Of a stretch of DNA of 64,000 nucleotides, positions 14,143-27,310 are shown piece after piece (within the stretch, counting starts at the first letter, position 1; every line of letters begins with the position of its first letter). The position numbers and the translations under genes are program-made. This DNA comes from Eledone cirrhosa (taxonomy: Eukaryota). Under the pieces are notes generated by a model that worked only from the letters and a program-made list of their open reading frames with translations, ran no database searches and was not told where the DNA came from. Location of the stretch: the NCBI GenBank assembly GCA_964016885.1, contig OZ024742.1, forward strand, positions 101,928,001 to 101,992,000. The letters run 5' to 3'.

Positions 14143-16245
14143 TTTTGAGTCATGACTTAATGTGGTGTTCTGTTTATGAATATGACCCGAAAGTTACCTG
14201 TTACCTTCCAAAACATGTCCAGGCTAGCATGAAGACAGATACAATGGCAACGCGAGTGTTAGCCCTTGCACCATACGTCACTTCCTTGACCTTGAACTCA
14301 ACTCTCTCTGTATTTTTAGAATGCCATTTAGAATTGGTTCATCTTCTGTTAAATTCGGTTGTCTTTTTACGTGTCCAGTGCCACCCTGTCAATACGGAGT
14401 CAAACTGTTGTTGGAATATTATTGAAACTTTTCTAAAGCATGGCAAACTACAAGAATTTTCTTTGACTTTTGCCAAACGTAATGATGGCTTTGTCGGCTT
14501 CTTTGAACGTTTAATGAAAATTTGTGCTGGCATTCATGAATCTGACATTGTTCAAGATTCTAGCTTTGACTGTGATATATCTGATTGTTCTGAGGATGTG
14601 TTTGATGAAAATCCTGAGGGGGTTATAAACAATCTCGAATGTAAGAATGTTTATGATTTTGATTCTTCTATAGCCAAAAAACTGAAACTTCACTCAGAAA
14701 GTATATATTTTTATAATAATAATGATAAAAATAATAATGACTCTGGTGATAATCTTAATAATTGTCAAAGAGTATTTAATAATTCAAATTCTTTGTTTGA
14801 TAGTATTGGTGCTGTTGATAAGAATGATTGTAGTACAAATTGTGGAGATAACATTTCTGATGTTAGCAAGATGCAGCAGGTTTTAAACGAGAAACTGCGA
14901 TGTGAGAAAGAGTTCAATAGCTCAGCAGTCCATAAATTTAGTTGTTGTCAGATGAAGTTTAGAGAGAAAAAAGGAAAGAACAGAGATGCTCCTTTAACAT
15001 CTTCTGAAGAAAACTCACTGCTTACTTCGATGCTTTGGCATCAAAATCTTAATTCGCAAACCTCTTCTTCCAATGAATCTCATTGTCATACAAATATTGA
15101 AGCCAGTCCTACATCTCGTAAATGCCTGAGGTTTAGTCGGTTTGATTCCAAAAATCATGTTATCACCCCTTATTCGAAAAACATGAACTGTCTGAATGTG
15201 TCTTCAAACCAATTTGTAATGAATTGCTGCCATATAAAAGAACATTCAATTACTGCAGACAAGCTTTGCAAGCTCTGCTCCTATAGAATGAACAACTGTT
15301 TTCAATCCATGACTTCTTGCCCACATTCCATAAAGTTTGAAACTAAACGGAAGGCCTCCTATTCAGTATTAAATGCACTTCTCTCAAATTCTTATGATGA
15401 ACTTGCAGAAGCGAAAAAACTTCGACCTGCAGATCGATATCGTTACTGTAAGCCATTAGGAAAAGAATTTGGCTTCTGCTCTTCAACTGGGAAAGATTCT
15501 ATGTCACCATTTGACAATTCCTGGGATGATAATCTGCCAGTTTCTGGGTCTCTCTGCGAAAAAAATATTTCTGTTGTGAAGTGTTACCAAAATGCTGATG
15601 ATCTATCTCAAAGTGAGAAAGCCTCAAAAACACCTGATATGGGTTCCAGTACAGAAAGTGAAGTGCTTAATACAGATAGTTCAATAAGCTCAAGTGACAT
15701 TTCAACAGTGAATGATACATCTTCTGATCAAAATGGCTTTGAATCTTTTATAGGTAAGATAAAAGAGGAAAATGGAATATCAAACAAATCATGTTTTAAG
15801 CCTCCTCCCAGTCCCATTGGAAAGAAAAGAATACACTCTAGTGTAGATATAAAATCACGGAGAAATTCACCTGTCGATATCATGACATCAAAACAACTGG
15901 AATCCCGCCGAGTGTCATTTGATATCTATGCTGATTTAGATGAAGGCATTGTTTCTGAGGAAGAAACAACAAACCCCAAAATGGACTCTCCATTGTCAGG
16001 TTCGCAATGGCTGTCACCTTCAAACTGTAAGCAGTCTTCGCCAATATCAACACCAGGAAGCACCAAATCTGACAATTCATTGTGGGACCTTTGCTTGGAT
16101 TTGTCTAAAAAGATGCATCATTATTCATCAAAGGGTCTGAAATCACTGAGGCTTATTGGTGAACCTAATCCCCATATAGGGGATGTTTTAAGAGATGTTC
16201 TACCGATGTGGCCAGCTCTGCAAAAGTTGTACTTGAATGTATCTG
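14143..16245 (+). CDS. LRRC41: LRRC41-like 2.1-kb exon: LRR-like ends around a Ser/Asn/Asp-rich, probably disordered middle
   Basis: Long polypyrimidine tract + cag and gtaagt donor; open for ~700 codons (ORF 14145-16304); YVTSLTL and GLKSLRL...WPALQKLYLN LRR-like motifs; phase 1-1. Confidence 0.9.
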
Positions 16246-17325
16246 GTAAGTGTTATTTAACTATAAGATTTAATCGTAATTTTATTTTTGTTATTATTAA
16301 CTGAAGACCTTCCCATAATTTAAGAGGGCAGTCAAAGCTATAAACTTCATACAAAAGGTAAACTACTGCAGAAACTGGTATAGTAATTATGTTCAGTTCT
16401 GCAGATCATCACTTAGAGCTCTGTTAAGTACTTCTGCATCAGGTTGTATTGTACAGCTGAAGAAACCTTAAGGATAGCAGCCATGACTATCCTTTTCTAA
16501 GACTTCATTGTCCAATGTGTTCTTTTTTTATATGATTGGAGGTTTATTTGGTCCCTATTTCTTGTAGGTTATGTGCACATACAGGGACTCCAGTTTTTAC
16601 TGTGATATGTGTGCATGTAAACCTTTCATTGTTCTCAGATCTTAGCAGTAACAAGTTTAATAACTCTGCTTATCACTGTTCCTGCTATGTTGAAAAGTAT
16701 GTGACACTGTCACTTCACAGTTGAGTGGGTAGCAGTTGGACAGACAGGAACTGCTCCTACATGTGAAGCTGAAGGAAGGAAATTTATTGCAGGTTATATG
16801 TTGGCACAGTTCCAGGTTAGCCACTTTTCAGCAGACTTATATGATCAAAAATGTTCTAGCTGAGACCATTCCTTCTGTATATCAAGGATTACATTATTCA
16901 ATGCATCCTTTTAAAATTATTTGAGGAAGATTTGGCTGATATTTCTAGAAGGCTGAGTAACCACATAGAGGCTCTTTAAATGGCATTTTTACAGAATGAC
17001 CAGAATTATTGAATAGTGACAGCCAGTTTGGATTGTACTCTGTGCACTCATTCAGTTGAATGCAGGAACATATGTAAGCTAGATGTGGCCCCTGACCCAT
17101 CTCAGCAGTCTGTGGCTCTGGCAAAGTACAGACATGGTCTGTAACAACCTGTCTAACCCTTGCCTAATGGAAAATGGTTATTAAATGGTGTTGATATAAG
17201 ACAAGATATATAGGGGAATCAATTTTACTATAATTTTCAAAACTTGGTCATGATTTGCTAATTTTCAATGCTATATTTCTCACATGTAGGCTGTGTGTTT
17301 ACTGGATATTGTTTCTACATTTCAG

Positions 17326-17461
17326 GACTCAACAATCCAGAACTACTTGACATTATCAGTGATCTCGTGAACAAAAAGCAATTGAAAGATCTCAGTATTA
17401 TTGGCTGTGAAACTGATGGTGTATTTCGTAGAGTTCTGAATTGTCTACATAAGAGTTACAG
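17326..17461 (+). CDS. LRRC41: LRRC41-like LRR exon
   Basis: catttcag / gtattt; GLNNPELLDIISDLVNKKQLKDLSIIGCETDGVFRRVLNCLHKSY; phase 1-2. Confidence 0.88.
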
Positions 17462-17844
17462 GTATTTCATTCAGTTGAAGATATCTTTTCTAACTAGTTA
17501 ACGTTTAAGGATATCTTCCATCCTACCCCTTTCTACCAAATATAATATTTCTATCCAATATAACATTAAATATTCCATCTACATAAAGTACTATACCACC
17601 ATAACCTAATCATATCTATCCAGTTTAGAATAGGTATGGGGCAATGCATTAATGCTCTTTCATTCTCATTCTCATATTCTCTCTCTGATTGTCATAAGAG
17701 GCAACTAAGTTGGAACCAGAAAGGGTCTCCAGCCATAAAACAATGCCGCAAAAAAGACCTCATGATAAATGCAATAACTCTGCTAACAACACATTGCTTC
17801 AGAATAGTAAATATATTACATATTACTCCTAGAATTTTATATCT

Positions 17845-18015
17845 TCACTTCTTCTTCGCCTACTTATTCCTGAGAGGGTCATGGGGGCAGTGTCCTCAAA
17901 CACTCCTTCCAGCAGGTCGTGTCAGAAGTAACTGTTTCTAACTGATCTAGCTGGATACCCAAGCGAGACCAGCCAAGCTCATGGATGTTATCCAATCATC
18001 TTGCTTGGAGTCTGT
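17845..18015 (-). mobile_element. 3' end of a Rex3/Expander-like RTE element
   Basis: Minus strand reads LDNIHELGWSRLGIQLDQLETVTSDTTCWKECLRTLPP, followed by a (GAA)n tail; resembles the Rex3 C-terminus from memory. Confidence 0.6.
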
Positions 18016-18505
18016 GTGTGTATATAAAATTTGAACACTAAATAAATGCTATCTACAAACTTAAGCAAATGTAATCCATAAGCCTACATACAAAAAAAAA
18101 AAAAATACCCTCCAAAACCATACCTAGTCTAATGACTCTACCAAACCGTTGCCTATATAATGTTTCTTTGTCACACTTATTCCAAGATGTAATGTGCAGA
18201 GTTTTCAGCAAATTTGTGTTATTTATAGTTAATTAAACAAAGGGTGGTGCATTGGTAGAGAATCGGATAAAATGCCATTGTGGTATTTGTTCTGGCTCTT
18301 TATATTCTGATTTCAAATCCCACTAAATTCAACTTTACCTTTCATCTTTTCAGGGTTAATAAAATAAAGTATCAGTCAAGTACTGCAGTTGGTTTAATCA
18401 ATTTAGCCCTTCTCCTAAATTTACTGACTTTGTGCCTAAACTAAAAATCTATATTTAATTAAAGACATTACCTAAATCAAAACATTTATTACTTTATACT
18501 TTCAG

Positions 18506-18597
18506 AGATGATGGTAAGAAAGAAGGATTGAATTTACTCAATATTCAAAGTTTGGCCGATCCAAGTATCACCTGTTCTGCCATTCTACCTCATGCTG
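18506..18597 (+). CDS. LRRC41: LRRC41-like exon
   Basis: tactttcag / gtgagt; RDDGKKEGLNLLNIQSLADPSITCSAILPHA; phase 2-1. Confidence 0.85.
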
Positions 18598-18619
18598 GTG
18601 AGTAAATTTCAGGTTATTC

Positions 18620-19080
18620 ATAAGGTGGTAGTGTTGGGGCCTACCATGTAAGATAGTAGTGCTGGTGCCACAACGAAAAGCACTCTGTACTGTAAGGTAG
18701 TTGTGCTGGTGTCATGAAAAAAAGCGCCGTGTCCACTCTGTAAGGTGGTAGTGCTGGTGTCACGATAAAACGTACCCAGTCTACGCTGTAAGGTGGTAAT
18801 GTTGGTGCCACGATAAGCGTCCAGTCCATCATGTAAGGTAATAGTGTTGGTGTCACAATAAAAAGCAGTCTGCACAGTAAGGTGGTAGTGCTGGTGCTAT
18901 GATAAAAACCTCTATCTGCACTGTAAGTTGGTAGTGCTTGTGCCATGATGAAAAGCACCCTGTTTATAATGTAAGGTGATAGTGTTGGTGACGCGACAAA
19001 AGGCACCCAATCTACACTGTAAGGTGGTGGTGCTGGTATCATAAAATGCTCTTAGTATGTGCTGTAAAGTAGTTGAGGTC
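18620..19080 (+). repeat. ~48-bp tandem array derived from an RTE/SINE 3'-UTR module
   Basis: About 9-10 diverged units of gctggtgccacgataaaaagcacccagtccacactgtaaggtggtagt. Confidence 0.8.
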
Positions 19081-20316
19081 TGTGATAAATTATTTAACAA
19101 TTTTTTTCATATGCTATTTAAGAAAATAAGCTTAGAAACTTGAGCATTGCAATTCCTTCTCTCTTGAGATTTGTTAGTTCAAATTTTACTGCTGTTTGAA
19201 CACAATTTTGTTCTAAGCTTGCTTTGTCTACTTTGCTCATCATGTGCCATCGACTGCCTATGGATGGTTAAATATTAATTTATATATGGATTTTGTATAA
19301 TCTTTATCATCTATTTCGTTCCAAGGGGAACAACACAGTATACACATGTGTATATCATAACTCATGCACTGTTCATTTTCCTGACGTTTGTACATTACCC
19401 TATGTACTATACATACACTTTTGATGAGTTGTAGTTCACCTAAGCACTGTACACAATATTTTCATTACTATTATCATTATTATATCTATGATCAACTGTA
19501 TTCCAGCCATGACAATCCTATCTGTTCAGACAGCTTATCTTGCATCACACTATCCAATGCATCCTTCGTTTTTCTTGAAATACTGTAGGATATAATTTGA
19601 AGACTTAGCTGTTATTTTAATCAGGCCAATCAACTATATAGAGGCTCTTTCGTTGGCTTGCAGGAAGCAAGTTTGGTATAAAAAGTGGCAGTTTAAATTG
19701 TAAAGCCATTTATTTAGTTTTAGGTTTTGGAACAAATTCTCAATGAACGTTGCAGAAGCAGTGTTTAGGAACATTTTAGTCCAGAATAATGGTTATATTT
19801 AGAATGATGAACAACAACAAAACTTGTATTCACGGTTAGATAGCCAACTAGTGATATAATATCGATGGTTGTGGCAGCGATGAAAACGATGAATTGGAGT
19901 AAGATGAACTATATAGTTTCAGAATATTAAAAACGAATACACCAGGCAGTAAATTGATACGTATGTTTGTAGTTATCTCCCTTTACTTTGAGATTAGTTT
20001 TATTTGGCAGTTCTCTATATTTGTAGTATTGAGATATATTTTCCTTTTTGAATACTTTCAGACTTGATACCTTTGTAATAAATTATTATCGATATGACTG
20101 CTATTTTAATTACTATTATTTCTGCTGAAATCACCAGTATTATTTACTAGCGACAGTGATTAATGTAATTTTACATATGACATTTAGGAGAACAAGACTT
20201 TCAAACAATAGGCTGTCACCAGTCAATTAGTTGACATGGATATAGAAGGATTTATTCTAGTTCAAATCTAATTTTCATCCTTCAGAATCTATAAGATTAA
20301 TAATGATAATAATAAT

Positions 20317-20502
20317 TGTTTCTACTTTTGGCACAAGGCCAGCAATTATCTCAGTACATTACTGGTGCTTTATTTTATCGACCCCGTAAGGATGAAAGGC
20401 AAAGTTAACCTCGACGGGATTTGAACTCAGACCGTAAAGGGACGTAACTATGCTAGAAAGCATGGCGTCCAACTATCTATCGATACTGCTAATTCACCGC
20501 CC
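20317..20502 (-). mobile_element. tRNA-derived SINE, young copy with TSD
   Basis: Reverse complement of the 9771 element; taatgataataataat on both sides. Confidence 0.85.
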
Positions 20503-20652
20503 TAATGATAATAATAATGATTTCTATTATAGGCACAAGGCCAGCAAATTTGGGTGGGTGGGAGAGAAAGAAAGTCGATTAAATTGACCTCAGTGCATTA
20601 CTGGTACTTTATTTTATCGACCTTAGTGGGATTTGAACTTAGAACATAATAT

Positions 20653-20900
20653 AGCCTGATTTGGTGGTTTTTGACAAGGAAAAAATATCTGGCTTCATTA
20701 TAAATGTAGCTTGCCCCCTTTGACACACGAGTGCAAGGAAAGAACTAGAGAATTTACCAGGATCTAAAGTGAGAATTAAAAAAAAGATTTGCAACTGTCA
20801 TGAGATCAAGGTGGTCCCCATTGTCATAGGAGCTCAACTAATATTTATTTTGCAAAAATTGGTTATATTATTAATTAAAGGAATTTGGAGAGGCTGTAGA
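20653..20900 (+). mobile_element. Decayed R4/Dong-like REL endonuclease fragment
   Basis: PDLVVFDK...IINVACP.DTRV...YQDLK...IKVVPIVIGA across frameshifts, a PD-(D/E)xK-type motif. Confidence 0.65.
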
Positions 20901-21601
20901 TTAACAGTAGGTGTGCACTATTCAATTTTGAGGCAGATGTGTGCTGTCTTCTAGCATCACTTTGCTAGACATAAGCAGAGATGGACAGGGAACAATAATT
21001 CTTCATTGGGGACGCAGAGTACTATGAAAAACTGATCACAGCTGAAGTGTGAGAAAAAATTGCTGAGACTGGATGGTCTGCCATATGTGTGTCAGATGTG
21101 TTTTCTAGTCTTAACAGCTAGCACAGATTAGGGGTAACTATGTCATGTAATGCAGAGTGATGCAAGGGGGACAACCTCTGGCTGATAACTCTTGTTATAT
21201 ATATATAGGAAGTTGACAATCATGAACATTATGTCCCTGAAGTCTATGCTGGGCTTCAACAAAGCCAATTAAAAATGTGTTGTATGAAGAGAAAGACAGA
21301 GCTAATATACAGGAGATAGGTAAACAAATTGTTAGTGATAATTGCACTGATAATTTACTTTAGCATCAAACTGAAATATCTATGTGGATTAGCAGAATTA
21401 TGGTATTACTTTTGGCTCTTTACTGAGTTCTAATTCTGCCAAGGTCAACTTAGCTCTTCATCCTCCCGAGGTTGATAAAATAATGTACAAGTTAAATATT
21501 TGGTTTGATATAATCAACTCTCCTTCCCCCTCAAAATTGCTGGCCCAAAATTAAAAACCATAATTATTTTATGAATGTTTAATTTTCTCTTTTCTTTGCA
21601 G

Positions 21602-21769
21602 AGCCACTGTATGGTGTGAAGACTTTGATTCTACGTGATAATACGTTTGATGTGTTTGGTGTAACAGGCTTGCTAAGGATTATTTCATATGATAATGCTC
21701 TTGTTAAACTAAACCTCAAATGCTGTTTCTTACATGCCTGGATGGGTCAGCTGCTGGCTGCTATAGCAT
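21602..21769 (+). CDS. LRRC41: LRRC41-like LRR exon
   Basis: ttttctttgcag / gtaagt; EPLYGVKTLILRDNTF...ALVKLNLKCCFL (LxxLxLxxN/C); phase 1-1. Confidence 0.9.
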
Positions 21770-23607
21770 GTAAGTAGTTAGTTTTTGAATGAAATTTTTA
21801 AATTTTCATAATTTGATTATAAAAATATCACAAATTGTTTCTTCAGAGACACAGTAGCTTAATTTTTTTTAGATGCCTGTATTAGCATGAATAAAATGGT
21901 GCTGCCTATCTTGATACTTTCATGTAAATTATTGGAGCATTTCATTTATTCATATAGGCAAACTACTCAACTGAATTTGAATATAGTATAAAATGCACCC
22001 AGTATACTCTGTAAAGTAGTTGGTATTTGGAATGGCTTTTACATTGATGTCAGGTCACTCTTGAGTGCTGCTGGTAACATGTAACCCAGTACAACCTGTC
22101 GCATGGTCGGGTCGTCAGTGACTAAACTGGCAACCCCACCAAGATTACTTGGTGAGGAGGATGATTTTGGACACCCTGCAGGACAAAAAACAAAACCTGA
22201 CAAAGGGCGGAAGAACTCATCAGAGTCAACAGCCATCTAAAAAAAAAAAGAAAAAAATCCTGCAAAATCAATGGGAGGCAGTAGTTCCAGCTGCATGCAT
22301 TGAAATACTGGTGTGGTGGTTCTGAGAACAATGCGGCTTTGCAGATGATCAATGGAAAGGTGCTGCCACTCGAGTTAGAAGAGAACTATTGACCTTCAGG
22401 AGAAGCATCGATCCCTGATTATATTCAGCAACCGAAATAAATATGAAGTACACCAAATCCAATGCTCCTAGGGGCAGCCCTGGTTCTTCTTATTTATGAG
22501 TGTAAACTCGGTCAGATTGGAGATTAGATTCACATGTAGAAACTGCTTTAAAAAATGGTTGGATTCTTCAGTTGTATCAAGGGCATAACAATCTCTCTTG
22601 TGCTGGTGCCAGGATAAAACTAAGTTGTGCTTGAATGCAACAAGACAATAATATTAAGTAGAGAACACTCAGGCCATGTAGAATATCTGACAAAGATTCT
22701 AGCATTGGTCTGATGATAGAATGCACCCGGTACACTCTAATTATAGTTGATCAAATGGAAACAATATAGATTAGAGAGAATATGACATTTCTAGTTCACC
22801 CAATACACTCTGTAAAGTGGTTGATGTTAGGAAGGGCGTTCAGTCATAGAAACCTTGTTAAATATGGAATATATGAGCAAGATGAAGTTACTAACAATCT
22901 AGTCTCATCACCATCACCACCGTTTAATGTCCATTTTTTCATGCTGGGTTAGATGAGTTATCCTGTTGTGAGCAATGCTAGGTCAGGTGACCATGTCATG
23001 CTCATACAGAACCAATGTTAACTTGTCCAATCCATGCCAACATGTAAAGATGTAAAACTATGATGATGACATGATAATTGAATATATAGTGATTTGACAA
23101 TGTCATTAGAGCATTAGTATTTGTTCCGGTTTACTACACTCTGAGTTCAAATCTTGCTGTAGTTAACTTTATCTGTCATCCTCTCAGGGTTTATAAAGTA
23201 CCAATCTAGTTAGATTGGGGGAAATGTTAGAGAGTTAGATGGAATGCTTTGTGGTATTTGATCTGACTCGTGTGGTCTGTGTTCGAAATTCCATCTCTTC
23301 CTGTCAGGTAGAGAGCATCAACAATGGAAAGAATATATTTTTGTCTAATCTGATGATCATTGACTTTCTGTAAAAATAGAAATTTCTTTATTGAATTGAG
23401 TCAAATTTGTTTTAAGACTCTTAATATCCTGTAATGATGTAGTTGAAAATATCTAAAAACAGATTTGTTAATTAAAAATATTTATAGTCTTTATTAGTGG
23501 ACATACCATTGTAAAAATTTGCAATAAAATATTTTCAATAATATCATGCTAATGTAGCTTCTTATGGTAGAGTGACCCAAAGTTTATTTTACTTTGTTTG
23601 CTTGCAG

Positions 23608-23751
23608 CTAAGGGCCAAATGGAGGAATTATACCTAGGAAGTAACCAAATCGAAGGCACCCATCCTGAGCTGGAACTGATTAATGTTATTGACAGTTGTA
23701 AAAATCTAAGGAAGTTAGATCTACGATCCTGCAGTTTGAGAAGTCAAGTTG
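23608..23751 (+). CDS. LRRC41: LRRC41-like LRR exon
   Basis: gcttgcag / gtaagg; MEELYLGSNQI...NLRKLDLRSCSL, ribonuclease-inhibitor-type LRRs; phase 1-1. Confidence 0.92.
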
Positions 23752-23824
23752 GTAAGGAACATTCTGTTTTGATTTACTAACACTTCTCTTCTCATGTCCC
23801 TTTTTTGAAAATCTTACACTATTT

Positions 23825-24380
23825 TATAAAAAAGTGCAGGGCGATCAAAATAGATGGAAGCTACAGAGTAGGCAGACCCAGAAAAACCTGGGACGATTTG
23901 ATAAATTCCGACCTTACACACTTTCACCTCTCCAAGACAATGTCACTGGACCGAGATCTTTGGCGCTATGCACTAATACAGAAGACCCGCCTTGCCTAAG
24001 TACAAAGCGAAACCTACAGTCAGTAGGCACTTCCTAACCAAAAATACACCCCCATCCCACTACCACTACCCCACCCCCATCTACACCACCCCTTTCTCTG
24101 TAAAGTTATGTTGGTGCCACAACATCCAGTCCTAAACAAATGAGGTCGTGTAGGTGTCATGACAAAAAAACACAGTCCACGCTGTAATGTGGCCGTGTAG
24201 GTAACACGATAAAACCCTCCCAGTCCACACTGTAAACGTGGTTGGTGTTAGGAAGGGCATCCAGCTGTAGAAAACCCGCCAGACAGTCCTATACGAGCAA
24301 CGCAACCAATCTTGCCTCACGTGGGACAATTCCCCATGCTAGCGTGGAAGATAGACGTTAAACGATGATGATGATGATGA
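23825..24380 (+). mobile_element. 5'-truncated RTE copy
   Basis: IKKCRAIKIDGS...GRPRKTWDDLINSD...KTRLA*, 3' UTR and (GAT)n tail; very similar to 61133-61680. Confidence 0.92.
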
Positions 24381-26241
24381 TTTTCCATTTGGTAACTGAT
24401 TCCATTCCTGTGAATACTTCAGCCATTCCTGTTGGGTGTGCAGAGGGAAGAAATTTTTTAGTTATATATGGAACCACCACCATTATCATCATCATCATTT
24501 TTACGTGCATGCATGGGTTGGATGGGTCATTTCCAGCACAGCCTCCTTCCATACCTTGTGTTCCTTTGTCCCTTCTTCTGAGGTTTAGCATTTTGAGATT
24601 TGCTCTCATCACCTCTGTCCAGGTTTTCCTTGGCCTTCCTTTACTGCAGATTACTTCCACTGGGAACTCCATCTTCTTTCATATGTGAGTTTGTAGTGAC
24701 AGGGTCAGTGCTAATGATCCCATTGAATTTACTTCAGTTGATTAGGTTATTGTTTAACCCCAGATCAGACTTATGACCATCCCAGCTGTGATCATCTCAC
24801 ATTTTTGTATATTAGTGCCTACACAGACACAGTGTATCCTTCTTTATTTAAGACGGTAGTGTGATTTGAGCGAAATTTTGTTGCTATTTTTAGCAGGTTG
24901 AAGCTTCTGTAGTTGGATGTTGTTTTGGTGAGTATAAATTTGTTGGTATTGAGTAGGAAGATACAGAGAAAGAGAATTCAATTATGTAGCTCTTGGAAAG
25001 AAAGCTTCAGTGTTTTATGCCATTAGCAGTGATACTTGATATTGGCATGTCTTGACATTGTTTCCCAACCCACTTTTCTTACTACACCTACATTGTTAAT
25101 ATAAAGACAAATGATAGCTTATCATCATTGTTTAACTTCTGTTTTCCCTGCTAGCAAGGGTTGGACAGGTCACTGAACTGTCAGTACTCAAGTGGAGCCA
25201 CAGACCTCTAGGTGGACAAGGGCCCTGACATATGATCACCCTTATTTTAAAAGTATAGGTTCCAGCCTGGTACTGTACATGCATCCCAGAATAAGATACC
25301 TGATGATTAAAGATGAAACTGGTCAAAACATAGTGATGATGTAAATCCAGAAGAAAATAAAAATTTCTCTTTTTGAGTCATCCTCCATTGAAGGTGAAGC
25401 ATTCATTTTGCTTTTCAAATGACTAGAATATCGTTTAATGTTCACTTTCCATGCTTGCATGGGTTAGACGGGTTGTCCATGTCGAGAGACAAGTCTGGCC
25501 AAATTTGGCCATGCCATACCTTGCTCAGATGGAACTGTAACTTTGGCTGGGATTTTTACAGCTGGATGCCTTTCCTAACACCAACCACATTAGAAGAGGT
25601 TAATTAGTCCTCCGAATTATCTTAATCTTAACTCATCTTGCATATTTATGCCGTTGATTGTATCTATTTTTGCATTGAAATAACTTGTTTTCACCATTTA
25701 CTATATCACTTTAAATAAGGTCAAACTTGGACTCAAAACCTCACACTAAACTTGTGATTTCTTGAGAACTTTCTCATTCATACATCTTTTGTCATGAGCT
25801 TTGTAATTTCAAGAAATATTGGATTGAATTAGTCTTTCTGATTAAAAGAAAAAAAACGAAGAAAAAAAAATGAAAAGAAAAATTGGCTAATTAGACCTCT
25901 TGTCTGGCAGTGGTTATTTTTTCGTTATTTTTTGTGTTTTTTTCTTGCTTGATGGCATTTTAATGGTGGTGGTAGTAGCAGTAGTAGGTGTAATAGTTTA
26001 TTCAGCAATCTAATTAGAATGTTTAATTAAACTTCAATTGCTGTGTGAATGTTTCAGCCTGAAATGTTAGCTAAAAACAATTTTCAAGAACTAAATTGGT
26101 GTCTGTAGCTGGCACTACAATATTGTTCCACTGAAATTTCACTGAAACCTTGTCTACAGTTAGCAATACTACATTGCTCCACCAAAAACTCATGCTTTCA
26201 TTTTACTTTCCCATTCATTTAGTTGTTGGTGTTTTTCTCAT

Positions 26242-26442
26242 CAACAAGTGTTAGCTGAAAAGTTCATAGGTTGACCAAGATACTCTCATGGAATGACCAA
26301 ATCAGGTTTATTTTTCAGCACAGTCCCTAGAAAGAAACTGCAGTTATTAATAAGATGAGTTGAAATTATTGCATGCAAGATTTCGCAGTACTAGCATCAC
26401 TCCTTCATAATCAGCCTATGAACTTTTCAGCTGCCCCTCGTA
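26242..26442. mobile_element. mariner-type MITE
   Basis: Inverted ends agctgaaaagttcatagg(t)tga / tcagcctatgaacttttcagctgcccctcgta (TACGAGGG-type terminus). Confidence 0.8.
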
Positions 26443-27108
26443 CTTCTCTTTGATCAACCATCTTTGTTTTGGTATTAGTGGCAAGACTATCATCATCATC
26501 ACTATTTAATGTCCATTTTCCATGTTTGCATGGGTCACTGAGGTACTCAGGTGACTGTCTTGCTTGTATGCTCCAGTTTTGACTTGGTTTCTACAGCTAG
26601 ATGCCCTTCCTAATGCCAACTACTTTACAGCATGTACTGGGAGTGACTCCAGCCCTACCACCTTACAGGGTGGACTGGATGTTTTTTTTATCATGGTACC
26701 AACATTACCATTCTACAGAGTGGACTAGGTGCTTTTCGTCATGACACTTGCACTTCCACTTTACAGATGGGCTAGGTGCATTTTATTCTGGCACCAGCAC
26801 TACCTCATTACACACTGGGATGCTTGGTGTGTCCTTGGTCAAACTGGTGTAGCATTGATGGGAGTAGGGGCAGGTTATGCTGCTTGGTAGGGTAGGGAAT
26901 GGGAGAGACATTCTCGTGTAGGTGAGGAAGTGCCAGGTGGCATCTACATATTTGGTCTTTCAGAACTGAATATATTGATTTTGGGGTTCTCTTCCTTATA
27001 TATACAATGTACTGGGTGTGTTTTATCAAGACACTAGCACTTGAGAGGTTGACATAACTAGTCAATCCTCTTGTCCATCTATTTCTATATTTATTGATGT
27101 GTGTGTGT

Positions 27109-27310
<202 letters not shown>

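Noticed and set aside
18620-19080. CRISPR-like regular spacing (also 47391-47920)
   Set aside because: Whole units are homologous with no unique spacers; eukaryotic intron context; no cas genes.
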